From the human T2T-CHM13v2.0 reference genome, Homo sapiens, in assembly GCF_009914755.1 (NCBI RefSeq), contig NC_060937.1: 64,000 nt of DNA; one strand, given 5' to 3'. The translations under genes were made by a program, and so were the position numbers. The stretch's first letter is position 1, and each line of letters starts with the position of its first letter. The notes below the pieces were generated by a model. The model saw nothing but the letters and a program-made list of their open reading frames with translations, did not search any database and had not been told where the DNA came from. This document shows positions 58,320 to 64,000 of the stretch, one piece after another.

Positions 58320-59943
58320 TTACCAAAGTGATAACTGCAATATCGCCCCATCTTAACAACCAAGCAGGTGAAGCTGTGATTGACTTTTAAATGCAATCAC
58401 TAAGCAAGTGGCCAAAACTCTGACTTCATAGAATAGACTCAAAACAACTCTCTGAGTTCACTTTTCTTCTCTCCTTATCATTTTACTTTGCTTTTCTTTT
58501 AATTTGGACATAAGTGCAGCCTGGTGAGTAAGATTATAAATGAAAAATTCAGGAATGCAAAATTGAAAATTAGATAAAAGCTATGGTTTTCTGTAGCCTA
58601 AAACGAATTCTCCAATTCCTTTTTTTTCCATTTCTCCCACCCTTTAAATTGCAGGCTGTTATGAAGATTTACTTAGCATTTATAAAATCTAGAAGAGCAA
58701 TAAGAGTAGAAGTATTGCATAAAAGCCAAGAGAAGGGTTTCATGTTGAAGAACAATCACAGTGCGTACTTTTGTTTACTAGGAAAAATATAAAGGATTCC
58801 CAGAAGGCTAGTACTAAAAGTTAGTCGCTATTAATTCCAGTTGAAGCCATCCTCACAGCTGCCCTTATTACTCTGCTGAAAGCTCCCAAGTGTTCCAGCC
58901 ACGCCGTTGCTGTGGTGACTGCTGCAACCACTTGCTCATTTCAGCTAAAAAACATATTCAGGTTGTCAGCCTGTGCCACTAGCTGATTTTGGCTCAGAAC
59001 ATTAAGGTCACTGACATTGCCTTCTCAACGCATGTTATCAATTGAACCTGCTGCAGTAAGAGAAAGTTGAGACAGAATTGTTGTCTAGGCCAGGAGCCAG
59101 TCAGGGTCTTAGGGGATGACAACGTCCTTGGTCATCTCATTTAGAGTCTAATCCTCAACTTCACAGCCAGAAGGTCAGTTCTGTGGGTATATGTAGGGAG
59201 AGCTGGGCTCTAGGGTGCTGATTAACATTAATCAAATTAATGCAAGAATAATACATAAACTAGAATGTTCATCATTTTCCGTTATAAAACATATTTATAT
59301 ATAAAATATAATCAAGAATCACAAAATATAATCAAGAGTACCAGAATTCCCATGCCCATGCATCAGTAAATTCTCTGCATGATACTTACAAAGCCAAATT
59401 TGAATGAGAAGGTTGCTTAGTTATCTGGAAACCAAAGCCAGGGTGAAAAACAAAACTATTTTGGTGGCTGTCATCATGAAACCCAACAACTCTGCCTCAC
59501 CATTTTCCAAGTTCACTGTAGTTTATTTCCCTGTGTAATCCATCTTGCATTAGGACAAAAACCAACTAAGTCAGCTGTATCTTTAGACTAATATATAGCC
59601 ATACTCCTCTGAGTTGATAGCTCGAATACTTTAATTTAGTTTTAGGTATTCCTCAAACTCTCCAGGCTCCCATTTATAAATCATTGCTTAAAATGCTTTG
59701 GTTCTGCAGATGGCTGGTGTCAGATTGACTTTTTCTAATACAGCCTTATGTTCAATTTTGGGGAAGCCTATATCATATACAGAAAACAGTTCAATGTTTC
59801 AAATTGTAGAAAGAAAATCAGGAAGACATTATAGAGAAAAGACTTAGTACCAGTTTGATATTGGATCTCTGGTGAGGCATTTGATTTTTAATATTTATTA
59901 TCATATCCTAATATGTTCTGAAAGATGAAAGACAGTCATCATT

Positions 59944-60242
59944 TATGGTAGGCAGGATTCTAAGATGGCCTCCAAGATTCCCACCTCCTAATAAATAGGC
60001 CCTGCCATAGTTCCATCCTCTTGAATGTGGGCAGGACCAGTGACTATGATGAGATATCACTCCCATGATCAGGTTCCTATTCAGTTGACTTTGAGTTAAT
60101 CAAAAGGGAAACTAACCTGGGTGGGCCTACCTAATCTGGTGAGCCCTTTAAAAGGTGAAGCAGCAGAAAGATGCTCTATTGCTGGCCCAGAAGGAAATAA
60201 ACAGCCATGCTGTGAACTGAACTGCCTATGGAAAGGGCCATG
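59944..60242 (+). mobile_element. MLT1E-like LTR, 3' truncated
   Basis: ggtaggcaggattctaagatggcctcc...cagttgactttgagttaatcaaaaggg. Confidence 0.75.
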
Positions 60243-60440
60243 AAACATACCATTACTCCAACATTTGTGCCTCCTCATATTTCATCTCTGTCCATTCTTC
60301 CAAAGAACTTAAACTCTATATGATAGCAGAAAAATAGTAAAATTTTTATACGTCATTGGAAAGAGAACGTTGAATATATGGTTGTCCTGAAAACATTTTT
60401 TAAAATGCTATACTTTGTCATATTTCCTTCCAAAAACCAG

Positions 60441-61680
60441 CTGTCTGGTATGAAGTCCAGAGCTGAGTTTTGAGACAGAGGCAAAAAAGAACCAAATTCC
60501 CTACAGTAATATAGTGAGAGAGAAGTTGAGCTTTAGGAATAAGAAGAGAGTTCAATAAGATAGTGAAAAAGAGGTCTGTGAAGGACAGAGCCAGTGAGAA
60601 ATTTACTTGAGCAGGAATGGCCAAAGAACTTGTAAGATCAGGAGCGCTCAACATCTGTTTTAAGTTGTTTGCTGTGATGTAACCCCCCTCCACCGACTCA
60701 GATCAGTGGGGCTTCAGAGGATGAAGGAATCGGGCAGTTCCTAATAGGGTGTAATGCTAGGGGGAAGAGGTGGACAACATATGTAGGGGATAATAAGAAG
60801 AGAGGTGAAAAAGAATTCAGATGAAGCAGAAGTTTTGATTCAGAAATGACTTGAAATATAAACTCCCTAAACCATGAGAGATATTTCAAGGCTTCTGGGA
60901 CACCCATCATAAGTAGAAGAGGATTTTGAACCATTTTAATTTGAAAATTATAATGAAACAGATGAGCCACTAATGCTGGAGGACTTAGGAACTCCCAGAC
61001 AGTTGACATCAGCTGAAGCAGATGGACCCACTGTGTGATGGTGCAGCTCTCTTCCCACCTTCCTAATCTCGGCACCTGTGGCTGCATTCCTCAGTGGAAA
61101 GCAACACTCACAGTGGCAAGAGGAGGGGCATTTTAAACTTCCTTTTGTGGGAAGAACACTTCTGTGCTGAGACCAAAAACGTGGTGCAAGACGAAGGATG
61201 CCATGTCACCATCATTGGGTGCGCCCCTGACCACAGAAGATCAGGATCAGTTCTCCCGTTTAGAACCCATCATTCAACTGCTAAAGACCAATCACCCATC
61301 ATCCAAGTTGGACTACATTAGATTGATAAGAAGAAGCTTCACTGCAGGCAGTGGAGATGAGGGGTATTAACTCTGATGTGAAAGTCCATGCAAGACATTT
61401 AAAAAGCTCTCTCCACATTCTCATCTCAGGTAATGGTGTCATTACCTGATGTCAAGATGAACCTATTGCTCCCATTAAGACTAGTGAGTCAAACTTTGGA
61501 ATAACACCATCAGACATTGCACTTCTTTTCATGCCCATCTTATCAATACTTCATAAAATATCAAACTCCTCTCCCACAAGACTCCTAGGGTTGTATTTTT
61601 TGGGCAGTGATTCTGAATAATCTTGTGCTTAAAAAAAGACTCAGATCCAGATAATAAAATGATAGAAGCTCTTGCTGAAT
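60441..61680 (+). pseudogene. Putative large terminal pseudo-exon (disordered S/E-rich protein tail)
   Basis: Follows a pyrimidine-rich acceptor ending at 60440. Read-through gives SGASEDEGIG, EFR*SRSFDSE, EEDFEPF*FENYNETDEPLMLEDL, LRPKTW, IRRSFTAGSGDEG. Many stops and at least three frameshifts. Confidence 0.4.
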
Positions 61681-63300
61681 AACCTCAAACATGTAAAAAG
61701 CAAACTAGGCAGTAAACTTCATGAGGACAGAGACCCTGGTTGTGTCTGGTTGGCCATCATCTCTCAGGTCTTAGCACAGTGCCTGACAAATAGCAGGCCA
61801 TGATGACTCGGCCTCTTTATGCTTCCTGAATGTCAGGATTCATTTGCGTGGTCTGGTCTCCAGTCTTCTGGCTGTCTCTGTCTCCCTGAAGATGCCCAGG
61901 ACAAAAGGCTACACAGCTGCCCTGGGCCGCTGAGTCATCTCCCTATCAGGAAATTGTTTCTGCCTTAGCTAAATAGGTAGGCAATTTTCTGCCCATTTCA
62001 GACAGAAAACCTAAGTTTAAAAAAGATTAAGTGAATAGCTCAAGGTCATATGCAAACTCTGGCCCAGTTAGGAATAGAACCCAAGTGGTTCCTGACATTC
62101 AATCCTATGGTTACTTTTGCAGAGGTGCCTATCTTTGTAATTTACAGATATTGTTCCCAAATTGCTCACTGAAAATTCTGCCTAAATATTGAAGGTAAAA
62201 CAGCTTTATGTGTCCAATAGAGAGAGAAAGAGTATATATAAAATGAAATTTTTCCCACATGAGGAATGAATCACTGTAAGGAACATTTGTTCAGTTGTTT
62301 CATTATAAAATAAGAGCATTCCTCCTGGCTGCCACAAAATCCAAATGCTCCATTTTGTTACTAAACACTCCTTCTAACACCAAGCCAAAAATAAGTCACA
62401 ATGTTAATGCAAACATCTTGCAAGCAAATAAAAGGACTTGTGCCAAATTTATCAGAGTTAGAGGGAAATTGTGTCAGACCTGTCTATGAGAAACTTTCTA
62501 TTAGATCACCAGTCAATAGGATACCAGCATCTGCTGATCCTGACTGAAAGACATGAGTAATAACAGACAACTTTAGAAAATACATTTTTCTTCCATAGTT
62601 AGCAATGCATGACTCACTAGAACTCTCCAGACACTATACTGCATGAATGACTCAAAATTCTACCAAGGACAGAGCACAATCAGTTCTCTCTTCCTGTGCC
62701 AGGATTTCTCGTTCCAATTATACTGATTCGTTAGCTTACTTCAAAGACAGAAAATCTTGGTCCATTATCTTTCCTCTTTCAAAAACAGTCATGTATATTT
62801 TAATATAAAGACAATTATTAGGGTGCTACAGGAAAACAGAGACTAAACATAATAGCGAATGCTGAAAGCAATCTTCAATTGGTTCAACTCTCATCATTTG
62901 GGAGAATGGGTTGGGCAATGACCATGGTTAAGTTTCTTCTGGAAGATTGACCAATGAGAAGAGGTTGTTGCAATACAAGAAATATCGTATTGTGTCACAC
63001 CAAGAGCCTGCTCATCCAAATCTTCAGTAGCTGATAGTGGTATCAAGGATATTTTGAGAAATATTTCAGTAGTTACTCTCCACGACAGAGGCCTTGTTTC
63101 TTTCAAATAACTGTTTTCCTCAATAATTGCAAAAGCCTCCCAGTGAAAGTGCACACCTCTAGGCTCTTTCCTTTTCATTCTATTCTTGGCATTCCATCTC
63201 CAGTTTAATATTATTGAAGGATAATTCTGATAATGACATCAACGTAGCATAGTGACTAAGAGAATAGGTCTTGGAATTAGGCCACCCGGCCACCAATTAA

Positions 63301-63625
63301 TTTTTTTTTCTTTCTTTCTTTTTTTTTTTTTTTTTTTTTTTTGAGATGGAGTCTCTCTCTGTTGCCCAGGCTAGAGTGCAGTGGTGCAATCTTGGCTCAC
63401 TGCAACCTCCGCCTCCCCAGGTTCAAGCGATTCTCCTGCCTCAGCTTCCCAAGTAGCTGGGACTACAGGCACCTGCCCCCACACCTGGCTGATTTTTGTA
63501 GTTTTAGTAGAGATGGAGTTTCACCATGTTGGCCAGGCTGGTCTCAAACTCCTGACCTCAGGTGATCCATCTGCCTCAGCCTCCCAAAATGCTGGGATTA
63601 CAGGAGTGAGCCACCACACTTGGTC
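63301..63625 (-). mobile_element. AluS inserted in a MIR
   Basis: TSD caccaatta (63291-63299, 63628-63636). Confidence 0.95.
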
Positions 63626-63844
63626 ATCACCAATTATGTTTTTAACCTCTTCATGCCTCAGTTTTCTTATCTGTGACATGGAGTTTGTGAGATGCTTGAA
63701 TAACTTTTAACTTTGTGTTAAAAATGAGTGTGTAAGCAAACAGAGCATTCATGGTTAAGAGAATAGGTTCTAGAATGACATTTGGGGTTAAATATGTTGG
63801 TTCTGCCATTTAACTGTCTGCAAGGCTGAACCAGTTACCTTATT

Positions 63845-64000
63845 CTGTATAGCAAATCACCCCCAAAACTTTCTGGCTTATGACAGCAATAATCATTTTT
63901 TTTGTCTTCCACAGTTTCTGTAGGTCAGATTTGGGGAGCAGCTTGGCTGGGTGGTCTTGGACACAAGGTTTCTCATGAGGTTGCAGTCAGATATTGGCTA
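63845..64000 (-). mobile_element. MLT1 (F/H-like) LTR fragment running off the window
   Basis: aaatcacccccaaaactt...cagtttctgtaggtcag...tctcatgaggttgcagtcaga. Confidence 0.7.

Noticed and set aside
58266-58326. 27-bp direct repeat as a CRISPR-like array
   Set aside because: Two adjacent copies with no spacers in eukaryotic DNA; simple slippage duplication.
60441-61680. Processed pseudogene
   Set aside because: No poly-A tail or TSD and no recognised parent mRNA. It starts at a splice acceptor, which fits an unprocessed exon better.

Overview
Primate (human-like) genomic DNA that is AT-rich and dominated by interspersed repeats. No intact protein-coding gene, RNA gene or CRISPR array is visible. 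Main repeats are a full-length Tigger1 (731-3753) inserted into a HAL1-like element, 16 Alus (several nested or tail-to-tail), old L1/L2/MIR fragments, hAT MITEs, several solo LTRs (MER21, MER4, MER57, MER31, THE1, MST, MLT) and a two-LTR HERV-H provirus on the minus strand (36789-42545, 5-bp TSD AACCC). The most interesting signal is in the non-repeat DNA: a series of plus-strand segments bounded by splice signals. Read through stops and frameshifts, four of them (45.3-52.7 kb) give Dbl-homology (RhoGEF) motifs in the expected order, and a long segment at 60.4-61.7 kb reads like a disordered C-terminal exon. I infer a decayed, unprocessed (possibly unitary) RhoGEF pseudogene that may extend across most of the window. 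Repeat subfamily names and protein similarities come from recall and by-eye alignment, not from database searches.
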